DNA of 63,350 bases, the filler included, from Octopus bimaculoides (taxonomy: Eukaryota), in NCBI RefSeq assembly GCF_001194135.2. It is 6 parts of 6 records of this genome, joined end to end, with 100 filler letters (N's around TTAATTAATTAA, not from the genome) between each part and the next. Parts side by side here need not be neighbours in the genome. Positions count along the whole stretch, not along the records: positions 32,106 to 38,107 come from NC_068992.1; positions 38,208 to 55,221 come from NC_068985.1; 4 more parts are not named here. One strand, given 5' to 3'. A program made the translations under genes and the position numbers. Shown piece after piece: positions 37,303-50,309 of this stretch (its first letter is position 1; each line of letters starts with the position of its first letter). Below the pieces are notes generated by a model. That model worked only from the letters and a program-made list of their open reading frames with translations, made no database searches and was not told the origin of the DNA.

Positions 37303-37714
37303 CTACTCCAGGCACAAGGCCTGAAATTTTGGGAGAAGGATCGATCCCAATACACAACTGGTACTTAATTTATCGACCTTGAAAGGATGAGAAGCAAAGT
37401 CGACCTCGGCAGAATTTGAACTCAGAAAGTAAAAACAAACGAAATACCGCTACCCATTTCGCCCGGCGTGCTAACGTTTCTTATTTCTTTATTGCCCACA
37501 AGGGGCTAAGCATAGAGGGGACAAACAATGACAGACAAACGGATTAAGTCGATTAGATCGACCCCAGTGCCTAACTGGTACTCAATTTATCGACCCTGAA
37601 AGGATGAAAAGCAAAGTCGACCTCGGCAGAATTTGAACTCAGAACACAAAGACAGACGCAATACCGCTAAGCATTTCGCCCGGCATGCTAACGTTTCTGC
37701 CAGCTCACCGCCTT
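37303..37714 (-). mobile_element. Dimeric SINE A
   Basis: Same two-unit structure and linker (TTTATTGCCCACAAGGGGCTAAGCATAGAGGGGACAAACAATG) as 7322-7737. Confidence 0.8.
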
Positions 37715-38073
37715 CACAATATCTTTTAGTAAAAGGAAAACATCCGATGTGAGGAACATTTGGTTGTTATTTCTGGCACAGCAAGAGATTATGTAGAGGG
37801 TCCGTCGTTAGACAACTCAGTTACATCGATTAATTATTTTGTAAGAGCGGTAAGTCATAATACATACACACAAAAATAAATGGATAAAACAATCGGCAAA
37901 ACAATGAAAGCCTACTCTAGTTATGATGTATGACACTTCATTTGTTTAAAGTAATGAGCTGAGTATATATACATGTATACACAGGTGGGTGTGTATGTGT
38001 GTGTGAGTGAGTGCGTGTGATTGCGTGCGTGTGGAATGTATATATTCATATTTGTATATCTGTATAAGTGTGC

Positions 38074-38107
<34 letters not shown>

Positions 38108-39417
38108 NNNNNNNNNNNNNNNNNNNNNNNNNNNNNNNNNNNNNNNNNNNNTTAATTAATTAANNNNNNNNNNNNNNNNNNNNNNNNNNNNNNNNNNNNN
38201 NNNNNNNTATATATATGTATGTATGTATGTATGTATGATAAAGAATGTTATTTATTCTTAGTGATGAGGGAGTAGTGGGAATCTATCTTACATCTGTGTT
38301 TGTAATAATGACTGCGTAAAAGGAATATAACACCAGGATAAAAAATTAAAGCTCCTTGGAGCTCTCTGCATCAGTAAACCATAATGCGTTTGCTGCCTCG
38401 TGATTCATACTAAAATTTGCGTTATTCGATTGAACGTTAAGATAAAAAGCTTCCGTTTATGTCTATCCAGACCAGAAATGGCCTTGAAGGGTTTTGTCGA
38501 CAAAGCCGATCCCAGTTCCTAATTTTTTGACGGCTGGTACTTAATCTATCGTTCTCTTTTGCCGAACTGTTAAAATACGAGAACGTATCAAACTAACATC
38601 GCTTTCAGGCAATGGAGAACAAACATGAAGACACACACACACATGACTTTTACCTAAAGTTGTTTTTATATGCTGGCCACTGATAAAATTCATTANNNNN
38701 NNNNNNNNNNNNNNNNNNNNNNNNNNNNNNNNNNNNNNNNNNNNNNNNNNNNNNNNNNNNNNNNNNNNNNNNNNNNNNNNNNNNNNNNNNNNNNNNNNNN
38801 NNNNNNNNNNNNNNNNNNNNNNNNNNNNNNNNNNNNNNNNNNNNNNNNNNNNNNNNNNNNNNNNNNNNNNNNNNNNNNNNNNNNNNNNNNNNNNNNNNNN
38901 NNNNNNNNNNNNNNNNNNNNNNNNNNNNNNNNNNNNNNNNNNNNNNNNNNNNNNNNNNNNNNNNNNNNNNNNNNNNNNNNNNNNNNNNNNNNNNNNNNNN
39001 NNNNNNNNNNNNNNNNNNNNNNNNNNNNNNNNNNNNNNNNNNNNNNNNNNNNNNNNNNNNNNNNNNNNNNNNNNNNNNNNNNNNNNNNNNNNNNNNNNNN
39101 NNNNNNNNNNNNNNNNNNNNNNNNNNNNNNNNNNNNNNNNNNNNNNNNNNNNNNNNNNNNNNNNNNNNNNNNNNNNNNNNNNNNNNNNNNNNNNNNNNNN
39201 NNNNNNNNNNNNNNNNNNNNNNNNNNNNNNNNNNNNNNNNNNNNNNNNNNNNNNNNNNNNNNNNNNNNNNNNNNNNNNNNNNNNNNNNNNNNNNNNNNNN
39301 NNNNNNNNNNNNNNNNNNNNNNNNNNNNNNNNNNNNNNNNNNNNNNNNNNNNNNNNNNNNNNNNNNNNNNNNNNNNNNNNNNNNNNNNNNNNNNNNNNNN
39401 NNNNNNNNNNNNNNNNN

Positions 39418-39487
<70 letters not shown>

Positions 39488-40397
39488 CCGAGTTTGTATT
39501 CATAAAAATGTGTGTGCGACCATGGATTTAGATGTAATTCATTCAAGTTGCAAAACAACTGTCTATTTGTTTGGCATGTCTTTCTGCATTATTTTAGAAA
39601 TCTGAGTATGCGATTAATATGTATGTACATATGTTTGTACATACATATGCATATACACAAATACACACTTCCCCGCACACATATATAAATAAAACTTACT
39701 TAAATATATGAGGGCACGTGTACTTTTTGCACAATATATCTGTGTGTAAACTTATGCATACATATTTATTCTATGTATTTATGCTTGTGTATGCATACAT
39801 GCTTGTATGCATAACTATCTTTTACAGCATATTTGTATGTGTTCAAAGGAGCATAAAGTACAGATAAATATAGAAGAGATATACATACAAACAGAGAAGA
39901 TGCTAACGAGAGAAGTTTGCCTTTAGAATAGCTTTAACAGGCTGACATAAGAGCGACAAAGAGCATCAATAAGTATTGGGAACAAAATAACGACTCTTTT
40001 GAAGATAACAGTTTCATCATGCAAAACCGGCGCGAGAGAAAGCTGAGTTAAACAAGATATGTCCTTTCTGAGCTGCTTTCATCTGGCTTACAATGAACTA
40101 CTTGTATATATGTTGCTGGAATGTGTGTCTGCGTGTGTGAGGAAATAATTCTATATTACATGAACATGTTGGTAGTCGTTAGCCATTTTGAATTTGAACA
40201 ACTGTCAGTCATATTCAAAATGGCTGATGACTAGCATCACGCTTAAAACTCAAGAGTACCAACGAATTTGAATCAAACTGTTTTGATCCATACATATAAC
40301 TCCTAATAAATTAGTTGAGTGCCCTTCTTTCGTTTGTCCATTCACTCGTATTTTAATATATATCCATATATGTATATGTATACAAATAAAGGCGTAC

Positions 40398-40572
40398 CTC
40401 AGCTTAGGTCGTTTCTTGTTATGACATTTTGACTTTACGTCGCCTTTTTTGAAGAGATTAAAGGGAAGATAAATCTCTACTTCAGTCGATTCATCCGACT
40501 TTACGACGGTCTCAGCGAACGCATTTAACAGCATGAAAATAAAAAAAAACAACAACAATCTAAAAACCAATG
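40398..40572 (-). CDS. Candidate exon of an unidentified secreted protein (signal-peptide-like N-terminus; phase 1 to 2)
   Basis: ttttcctcttcAG|CA...CTG AG|GTACGC, 175 nt, LVFRLLLFFFIFMLLNAFA-ETVVKSDESTEVEIYLPFNLFKKGDVKSKCHNKKRPKL. Hydrophobic stretch ending in an A-x-A motif. Confidence 0.55.
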
Positions 40573-40940
40573 CTGAAGAGGAAAATCAAATGAAATATAC
40601 TCGAAAATATGTANNNNNNNNNNNNNNNNNNNNNNNNNNNNNNNNNNNNNNNNNNNNNNNNNNNNNNNNNNNNNNNNNNNNNNNNNNNNNNNNNNNNNNN
40701 NNNNNNNNNNNNNNNNNNNNNNNNNNNNNNNNNNNNNNNNNNNNNNNNNNNNNNNNNNNNNNNNNNNNNNNNNNNNNNNNNNNNNNNNNNNNNNNNNNNN
40801 NNNNNNNNNNNNNNNNNNNNNNNNNNNNNNNNNNNNNNNNNNNNNNNNNNNNNNNNNNNNNNNNNNNNNNNNNNNNNNNNNNNNNNNNNNNNNNNNNNNN
40901 NNNNNNNNNNNNNNNNNNNNNNNNNNNNNNNNNNNNNNNN

Positions 40941-42155
40941 CCCGAAAGGATAAAAAGCAATATCGATCTCGGCGGAATTTGAACTTAGAGCGTGAAGACA
41001 GAGACGAAATACCGCTTAGCATTTTGCCCGGTGTATTAAAGATTCAGCCAGTTCGCCGCCTTTCATCCTTTAGAGATCGATAAAACAAGTACCAGCTGAG
41101 CACTGGGGTCGATGTAATTGACTACCCCTCCCCTAAAATTGCTGGCCTTGTGCCAAAATTTGAAATCAATATTAAACTGAATCAAATTTATTCATTACAT
41201 AGGCACAATGCCAGAGTACTTGATTTATTTTATCGGCCACGGCAGTACAGTCCTAAGATAAGGCCCCACCACTATGTACATTAATGTTTATTTTTATGTT
41301 CAGTTATAATAAAAACATTTTTACATTAATCTGATGGGTTACTCTATACTTTTGTGGAGCATAAATTTATTATTTTTATCAAAAGAATGTTATTGATAGT
41401 GGCTTCAAAGTTTTGGCCAAAACTTCGAATCACTGTCTATAATATTTAAATAATTAGTAGACCTCAGAGGTTATACAGTTGATTTACTGGTAAGTTATTT
41501 TAGACATAATGGCACACAGAGGGGTGGTTAATGATATATTTGGACGTTTAAAATATACAAAAATACCTTAAATGCCATATATTTATATAGAAAAATACCT
41601 TAAATGGAATATATATCAAGTTAAAGCACCATATTACATATGTATTTTCCCTGGACAGTTGTTCCTAGTGGAAATGTGCACCTCACAGCATACTCCTTCA
41701 TCATATCCAGCAGATTTTGACGTAGCCCATATGAAAAATATAATGCAAAGTGAATTAAAATTCCTCACTGGTCAACTTGGCTCTTCATACTTCTGTGGCC
41801 CAGAGCCGTCTTGTCAGCATTTTAGTCATGAGGGCCCTTGAGCAACGGCCCATATCTTAGGACTATACTGCCGTGGCCGATAAAATAAGTCAAGTGCTCT
41901 GGTTTTGTGCCTATGTAATGAATAAATTTGATTCAGTTTAATATTGATTTCAAATTTTGGCACAAGGCCAGAAATTTTAGGGGAGGGGTAGTCAATTACA
42001 TCGACCCTAGTGCTCAGTTGGTATTTATTTTATCGATCTCTAAAGGATGAAAATCAAAGTCGACCTCGGCGGAATTTGAACTCACAACGTAAAGATGGAC
42101 AAAAACCCGCAGCTTTCTGCCCGACGTGCTAACGATTCTGCCAGCACGCCGCCTT
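40941..42155. mobile_element. SINE A pieces forming an inverted duplication
   Basis: Minus copy at 40941-41060 fused to a plus 3' half at 41061-41170; minus copy at about 41945-42155. Confidence 0.8.
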
Positions 42156-43615
42156 GGTCCAATGTGCACGCGCGGCGTTTTTCATCATGCCCGCTGGTAC
42201 TGCCAATTTTTTTTAAACCTNNNNNNNNNNNNNNNNNNNNNNNNNNNNNNNNNNNNNNNNNNNNNNNNNNNNNNNNNNNNNNNNNNNNNNNNNNNNNNNN
42301 NNNNNNNNNNNNNNNNNNNNNNNNNNNNNNNNNNNNNNNNNNNNNNNNNNNNNNNNNNNNNNNNNNNNNNNNNNNNNNNNNNNNNNNNNNNNNNNNNNNN
42401 NNNNNNNNNNNNNNNNNNNNNNNNNNNNNNNNNNNNNNNNNNNNNNNNNNNNNNNNNNNNNNNNNNNNNNNNNNNNNNNNNNNNNNNNNNNNNNNNNNNN
42501 NNNNNNNNNNNNNNNNNNNNNNNNNNNNNNNNNNNNNNNNNNNNNNNNNNNNNNNNNNNNNNNNNNNNNNNNNNNNNNNNNNNNNNNNNNNNNNNNNNNN
42601 NNNNNNNNNNNNNNNNNNNNNNNNNNNNNNNNNNNNNNNNNNNNNNNNNNNNNNNNNNNNNNNNNNNNNNNNNNNNNNNNNNNNNNNNNNNNNNNNNNNN
42701 NNNNNNNNNNNNNNNNNNNNNNNNNNNNNNNNNNNNNNNNNNNNNNNNNNNNNNNNNNNNNNNNNNNNNNNNNNNNNNNNNNNNNNNNNNNNNNNNNNNN
42801 NNNNNNNNNNNNNNNNNNNNNNNNNNNNNNNNNNNNNNNNNNNNNNNNNNNNNNNNNNNNNNNNNNNNNNNNNNNNNNNNNNNNNNNNNNNNNNNNNNNN
42901 NNNNNNNNNNNNNNNNNNNNNNNNNNNNNNNNNNNNNNNNNNNNNNNNNNNNNNNNNNNNNNNNNNNNNNNNNNNNNNNNNNNNNNNNNNGCGACATCAC
43001 TGGTGCCAAGCTATACCGGCCTTTGCTTTACCTTGGATAACATCAGTGGTGTGGAGAAGGGAGGCTAGCATGCATGGGTGACTGCTGGTCTTCCATAAAG
43101 AACTTTGCCCGAACTTGTGCCTCGGTGGATAACTTTCTAGGTGCAATCCCATGGTCATTCGTGAGCGAAGGGAGTCTTTACCTATTCGGTAAAGAACATA
43201 TTTTGCTACAAATGCTCTGTTCGTTTTTCAGGCAATTATATTCTATACCAACTCTTTCTACTACAATGCTTGATAGACAATAGACAATATATTGTATTGA
43301 TAAGATACCACACGTTTATTTATTTTTAATCGCATCTTTGTAAATACCGTGGTGCATGTATTTATACGGATACTCTGACGGTGTTGTGTTAAACTGAGCT
43401 GTTTGATCTTTTCGGTTGCTGTCACAGATTTGGAATGTTTAAAATTAAGAGAAAATTTTCAAATTTGGTGCATTGATGTAATTTTTCACGCTGAATTAGA
43501 ATTTGGGATTCAGCGTGAAAAATTGCAATCAGAAAGCAGGAATAGGAAGCCGCGCATTTTCTGCATGATAGCTGTGTCACAAAATAACAGAGAGAAATAA
43601 CAACAGGCTCTAAAT

Positions 43616-43960
43616 CAGTGGTTCTCAACTGAGGTCCATATGGCCTCTGAGGATCCATATAAGATATTTGGGGGTTCACACAACAAAATAGTAAAATGGG
43701 GATCTACAATAGTGCTTTAAGGGCCTCAGAAAAAAATTTTGCTTCAGGTGTATGTATTGGTATGTATTGCAAGAAACAACTAAGTTTCTTTCTCTAACGT
43801 TTTATATAGTTCAACCTACACAAGTTCATGTGTGAAAAACAAAACAGGAATTTTGAAAGAAGTTTCTATAAAACTAAATATCGGATGGATATGAGGTCTA
43901 CCAGAATAAAATAGTAATCAAAGGAACCCATAGATAAAAAAAAATGGTTGAGAACCCCTG
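43616..43960. mobile_element. hAT (Charlie-like) MITE
   Basis: TIRs CAGTGGTTCTCAAC and GTTGAGAACCCCTG; 8-bp TSD CTCTAAAT / CTCTAGAT with one mismatch. Confidence 0.9.
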
Positions 43961-45302
43961 CTCTAGATGATATCGCTCGTCAAAACTTGTGCTGGTGGTT
44001 GCTGTGGTGAAAGCGTCACAGTCGCGCTATGTACTGCGCCCTTGTTACAATGAAAAAAAGGGCAGGCTACAGCATATTCATTTTCATAATTTTTCAGTTT
44101 CATAATGAGCATACAAAACTAAATCGGTATAACCAAATTTAAAAACAGTTGGAAGAAAATTGAAAAAATATCGTATCTGTGACGGCAAACGAAAAGATCC
44201 GTTCTGTTCTGTTTACACTGAACATTTATTTACTTTGGATTTTACATAATCCAGTTATTCTTATAAGCACTACAAGATAATTTTGCCTTCTCTCCTTGTC
44301 ATTTTTAGTCAACTCCATTTGCATCGCGCCTAAAGGTTGCATACCGTCAGAAAAACAAGCATGTAATTTTAGGAAAGTATATGGTTGTATAAAACATAAT
44401 ATTGGATATAATTGGATTGAATGGTTCTTATGGAATTTAAGATTTCAGTTTCTACGATTATAAAGAAGCAAAATACAGAAAAGATGGGAAATTGGGAACG
44501 AACGAAAGTCTAATGAGCATATTGTGCATGCAAAATGATGTGAAGTAAAAATGATAGAATAAAACTAACATACAGGTGCGCACACAAAATTCACAGGACT
44601 AAGTGCAATGTGTCTTTCAGGGTTGTGTTTANNNNNNNNNNNNNNNNNNNNNNNNNNNNNNNNNNNNNNNNNNNNNNNNNNNNNNNNNNNNNNNNNNNNN
44701 NNNNNNNNNNNNNNNNNNNNNNNNNNNNNNNNNNNNNNNNNNNNNNNNNNNNNNNNNNNNNNNNNNNNNNNNNNNNNNNNNNNNNNNNNNNNNNNNNNNN
44801 NNNNNNNNNNNNNNNNNNNNNNNNNNNNNNNNNNNNNNNNNNNNNNNNNNNNNNNNNNNNNNNNNNNNNNNNNNNNNNGTAGGTATACATCCTCTAAGTA
44901 GTTATTATTTCAAATGGAGGATAATTCCCTGAAACTTGATGATGTTGGATAAAAGTATGGTAATACCTAATACACACATTAAGCGAAATAGTGGAAAAGA
45001 TTCCATGCTTATTGGTAGTGATGTTGAATAGGTATCAATACATTTAGGCGCTGGTGTAGCTGCATGGTAAGGAGTTTGCTTCTCGATCATAGCATTCAAT
45101 CACTGGTTCAGTCCTGCTGTATGGCACTTTCAGAAAGTGTCTTTTACTATAGTCCTGGACCGACCAAAGCGTTGTGAGTGGATTTGGTAGGTGGAAACTG
45201 GAAGAAGCCCGTGGTATATATAAGAGTTATGGAAAAATGTGAAAAATGAAGAAATTGGAGGGGGAGGGGGCAAAAATGTCTTTCCGAAAATAGCTGAAAA
45301 AA

Positions 45303-45390
45303 ACCTTAACCTAACCCTAACTCTAAAACCCTATCCCTAACCCGAACTCTAAAACCCAAACCCTAACCCTAAAACCCTATAGCTAAAACC
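45303..45390 (+). repeat. Degenerate (TAACCC)n telomere-like tract
   Basis: CCTTAACCTAACCCTAACTCTAAAACCCTATCCCTAACCCGAACTCTAAAACCCAAACCCTAACCCTAAAACCC. Confidence 0.7.
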
Positions 45391-46931
45391 AGTACAAACC
45401 ATACCAGCATGGAAAATGGATGTTAAAGGATTATGATGGTGATGATGGGTGTAATTTGAAGAGAGATTTGACTGTTAATTCTAGCAACCTGAGTAACAAT
45501 GTCAAGTCTCCCCTTGATGGTGGTCACACTAGAGATGAGCAAGGTGGACTCATTCAGAACGTGACAGTTGCTGTTCCCTTTTATGATCAATACTGTGCAC
45601 ATCATTGATAGTTGGATTTACTACTAATAACACATTTTCACAAAATTTATAAATTCTAGGTCTTACTATATTGATGATGTCCCTTTCTTGTGGCCTCATA
45701 CAAAGATACAGAGTTGTAAGGGCCAGTAGGAGGGGCTAAGTTGATTATATTGACCCCAGTGTTCAATTGGTACTTGTTTTATCAACCTCCAAAAGGGATG
45801 AATGGTAAAGTCAACCCTGACAAGAAACCATTTGAGCTTCATTTTTAAAACACTACAGCAGAAAATGAAGCTGAAGTGGTTCCTGACCTTGAAGAGGAAA
45901 CTTAACCATTGGGACACTTTCTTGGGGTAAAGACTCCCTTCGGTCATGAATGACCATGGGATAGCACCAAGAAAGTTACTCTCCAAGGAACAAGTCTGAG
46001 CAAGGTTGTTTATAGAAGACCAGCAGTCGCCGATGCATACCGGTCTCCCCTCTCCATGCCACTGATGTTATCCAAAGGAAATGACAAAGGCCAATACAGC
46101 TTGGTACTAGTGACATTGCAACTCATTTCTACAGCTGAGTGAATTGGAGCAATGTGAAATAAAGTGTTTTGCCTAAGAACACAACACACAGCCCAGTCCG
46201 GGAATCAAACTCACTATCTCATGATTGTGAGCCCGACACTCTAACTACTGAGCCATGCGTCTTCGTGTCATGATGAGATGTATAAGGTTGCCAGGAAAGG
46301 TTGTCATAGATATAGCATGGTCTAGTATTTGTCTATTTTATGTTGTTATTTCCAAATGAGCTCTGACTAAGCAAACCTATGACCACAAACATAACCATTC
46401 CATCTTTTTTTGATTTATAGTCAGGTGTAACATGAGGGAGATTTGGCTACTATTTCTACCTGGTCGAGCAACCACGTAGAGCAGATATGAGCAAACTTTA
46501 TTGACAAGCAGGCTGCATGAGACATGGCTCATCATTAGGGATGCTGCACTAAAAACAAATTGAGGTAATTTTTTGTTAGGCGAGTCATTCAGAAAGTCTC
46601 ACAGGTCACTTTGCCCATGGCTTCCACATTAGCTTAATGTGAAGTTGTATATCATTAGTAAGTCAAAACATCTTAATATCCTAACTTTTCAGTGTTTTCT
46701 TAATATTAATTGATAATCAAACAAACAACAAAATAAACATTAACATATCAAGTTCAAAATTTTTATTATTTTTAATTAGCAGAAGTAGTTGCATGCCACA
46801 CTAATACCTATTTAGCTTCGTATTTGGGCACTGAGAATTCTGATCCCTGATGTGAGTCAAAATATATACGGTTCATACAGCAGTCAACCAACAGATCAGT
46901 TGATTTATGATACCCCCAATTTTACTTTCAG

Positions 46932-47059
46932 TTCAGAGCAGAGAGTGGGTAGTGGGGGAGATTTGGAAATATATGGGACTGAAACAATCCCAGTATATTA
47001 CCGGTAGCTGCTTCATTGATTCTGGAAAGACAGTGTTCAACATTAGTGAGCTCTGTCAG
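46932..47059 (+). CDS. Candidate exon of an unidentified gene convergent with TBCD
   Basis: ccaattttactttcAG|...CAG|GTATTT; QSREWVVGEIWKYMGLKQSQYITGSCFIDSGKTVFNISELCQ. The in-register antisense frame is also open, so the strand is not certain. Confidence 0.4.
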
Positions 47060-47835
47060 GTATTTAATAGTCCAGTATCAAATTACTTTTACCAATTTAC
47101 CTTCTTTATTATTATTATTACTAAGGCAGTGAGCTGGCAGAATTGTTGGTATACCAAGCAAAATGCTTGGCAGTATTTTGTCAGTCTTTATTTTCTGAGT
47201 TCAAATTCTGCTGAGGTCAACATTGCCTTTCATCTTTTTGGGATTCATAAATTAAGTACCAGTTGAGCTCTGGGGTTGATGTAATTGACTTACTCGCTCA
47301 ATCAAAATTTCAAGCCTTCTGCCTATAGTAGAAAGGATTATTATTATCGTTCAATGCAAAGGATGTTGGATTGGTAGAGTTATTAGAGTGTTGGAAAAAC
47401 AATAACTTGCAATGTTTGTTTCAGCTCTCCACATTTTGAGTTCAAATTCTGCCTGTCATTCTTTTGGTGTCATCATTATCATTTAATCTGCTTCCCATGT
47501 TGGCATGAGCTGTGTTATTTGACAGGAGCCAATAAGCCAGAAGTTTGTACCAAGCACTAATATCTGCTTTGGCTTGGTTTTTACAGCTGGATGCTTTTCC
47601 TAATGCCAAGCACTTCACATTGCGTACTAGCATGGGCATAATGACTGAAAAGTTGAGGGGACAGGTTGAGTCAATTACATTGACCCCAGTGCTCAATTGG
47701 CAGTTATTTTATCAACAACGAAAGGATGAAAGGCAAAGTTGACCTTTGGTGGAATTTGAACTCAGAATGTAAAACCAGAAGAAATGTTGCAAAGCATTTT
47801 GTCCAACATGCTAATGGTTCAGCCAGTTTGCTGCC

Positions 47836-47943
<108 letters not shown>

Positions 47944-48501
47944 GTTTCAAATTTTGACACAAGGCCAGCAGTTTTAGTAGGAGGGGCTAAGTTGATTATA
48001 TTGACCCCAGTGTTCAATTGGTACTTGTTTTATCAACCTCCAAAAGGGATGAATGGTAAAGTCAACCCTGGCAGAATTTGAACTCAGAATGTAAGGACGG
48101 ATGCAATGCTACAAAGCATTTCACCCAGTGTACTAATAATTCTGCCTTAATAATAATAATAATAATAATTTCTACAATAGGCACAAGGCCTGAAATTTTG
48201 AGGAAGTGGGCTAGTCAATTACATCAACCCCAGTACTTGACTGGTACCTATTTCATTGACCCTTGGCAGAATTTGAATTGGAATATAAAGACAAGCAAAA
48301 TGCTGCTAAATAGAAAAAAGTAACAAACAATGCATCAAACAAAATAATAACATTTCAAATTTAGCGTGTAGGAGGAGACTGTGTAACATTCATGCCTTTC
48401 TCAAGAGAATATGAAGCATGAGTAATAAAGGGAATTATCTCGTAACAATGGTGGGGGTGATGTTAATTATTAGTCAGAAATTTATAAACAAGATTATTTA
48501 A

Positions 48502-48711
48502 CCCTTTAGCATCTAATCCAGCTATATCCAGCCTAAATAGTCAATTTGTTTTATGTTAAATTTGACCAGATACAACCTCCCACACTTACCCTATGATATC
48601 ATTCTAAAAATATACAAAAACACACCCTTGAAATATCGAAGCTACAAAATAGTGTGCGATTAATTCAAAACAATGTAAATAAGCATTATTACATTTGACA
48701 AAGAAGTTTGG
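48502..48711. mobile_element. Decayed piggyBac-type MITE
   Basis: TTAA|CCCTTTAGC at the left end and GG|TTAA at the right end; right TIR degenerate. Confidence 0.45.
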
Positions 48712-49563
48712 TTAATGTAGATAGTTTTCTTTCCCAAGATCATCAGAGACATATGGTAGGTAAAGTTGGTAAACATCTATCCATTGTAGTATTTTCGTTA
48801 TGAAAACTACACACACATACATATCTATATAAAACTGCAAGCATTAGATCTTTGTACCCTATGTGGAGCAAACATCTGCAGTTAAAAGAAAGCCTCCTAC
48901 AGATAAAGGTAATGAATGGAATTAACTAATTAATTGACTTAGCTACCGGCAGCAATGTGAATATACAAATAAATACAAGCTCTTCATAAATGAGCCACCA
49001 GTTGTTCTAATAAATAAAATTAGCAGCACAAGCAAAATAAAACTATGTCAAACCACCCAGGGAATTGAAACTATGTCATCTCACACAAACCACTCCCCTC
49101 CCCATACATCTTTTTTAGAGGTTAGTGAAGAAAATATAACGTAGGAAGCACAAAGTAAAACATTTTGGTATGGAGTGAGAGGTGTATATGGGAAGGGCAG
49201 GGGAAGGCGAGGTCAGTTACATTAAGGCCCAAGAATTGACAAGTACTTATTTTATAGATTTTATAGATATACTCCAAAACCAAGAAGCAGAAAAAGCAAA
49301 GTTGACCTCAGCAGGATTCAAACTCACACTGCAAAGAAATATTGTAAAGTATTATGTGCAATGTGCAACCAATTCTGCCAATCTAGTACCCCTAACTGTC
49401 ATCCATGTAGTAAATTCTTTAAATTATCATGCAAATAATATGTGTTGCTTCTCACAGCAGCAATGAAAACAATCATCATAACAATTTAAACATAGGCAAT
49501 ACAGGCTGGACTTTTCTGTGTTACATATCTATATCTCTTTCTTTCTCTCTTTTACTTTCATTA

Positions 49564-49569
49564 TTTATT
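49564..49569 (-). promoter_or_regulatory. Candidate polyadenylation signal for TBCD
   Basis: AATAAA on the minus strand about 180 nt after the stop. The motif is common in AT-rich DNA. Confidence 0.3.
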
Positions 49570-49745
49570 CCTTTCACACTTGGTCCAAAAAGCCACCATA
49601 TTATAAAGACAAGTAAAACATAACAAAAATAAGCAGGGTTCCCCCCCCTTTTTTTTTTGGTAGAAAGGTGCAAGGTGGGATAAAATTTGTGTGATTTGTA
49701 GAGAAAGTGTTTGGTGGATTTTTCAATACATTTTCTCTTTGTTCT

Positions 49746-49763
49746 TTAACTTTGCGATGCAGT
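49746..49763 (-). CDS. TBCD: TBCD probable terminal coding exon (TASQS-stop)
   Basis: Very strong acceptor cttttgtttttttctttttcAG, then ACT GCA TCG CAA AGT TAA in phase 0, the phase left by the previous exon. Confidence 0.65.
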   Translation of the reverse strand, partial: TASQS

Positions 49764-50261
49764 CTGAAAAAGAAAAAAACAAAAGTACACATTTTAGCAA
49801 CAGTAATAATAATGGTTTCTGATTTACACACAAGATCAGCAATTTTGATGAGAGAGGCTAAGTTAATACTTTTGACCTCAGTACATGACTGGTACTTCAT
49901 TTTATTGAGCTCTGAAAAGAGGAACAGCAAAGTTGACTCTGATAGGATTTGAACTTAGAATGCAAATGAGCTGAAAGAAATATTGGTTCCAAAATTTGGC
50001 ACAAGGCCAGCAATTTCAAGGGAGGGGATAAGCTGATTACATCAACCCCAATATTCAACTGGTATTTATTTAATTGACCCTAAAGAGATAAAAGGTAAAG
50101 TCAACCTCAGTAGAATTTGAACTAAGAATGTAAAGACAGACAAAATGTCATTAAGCATTTTGTCCGGCATACTAACGATTCTGCCAGCTTGCCAATATTG
50201 CAAAACATTTTTTCTGATGCCCTAATAATTCTGCCAATCCATTATCTTCAACAACAACAAC

Positions 50262-50309
<48 letters not shown>

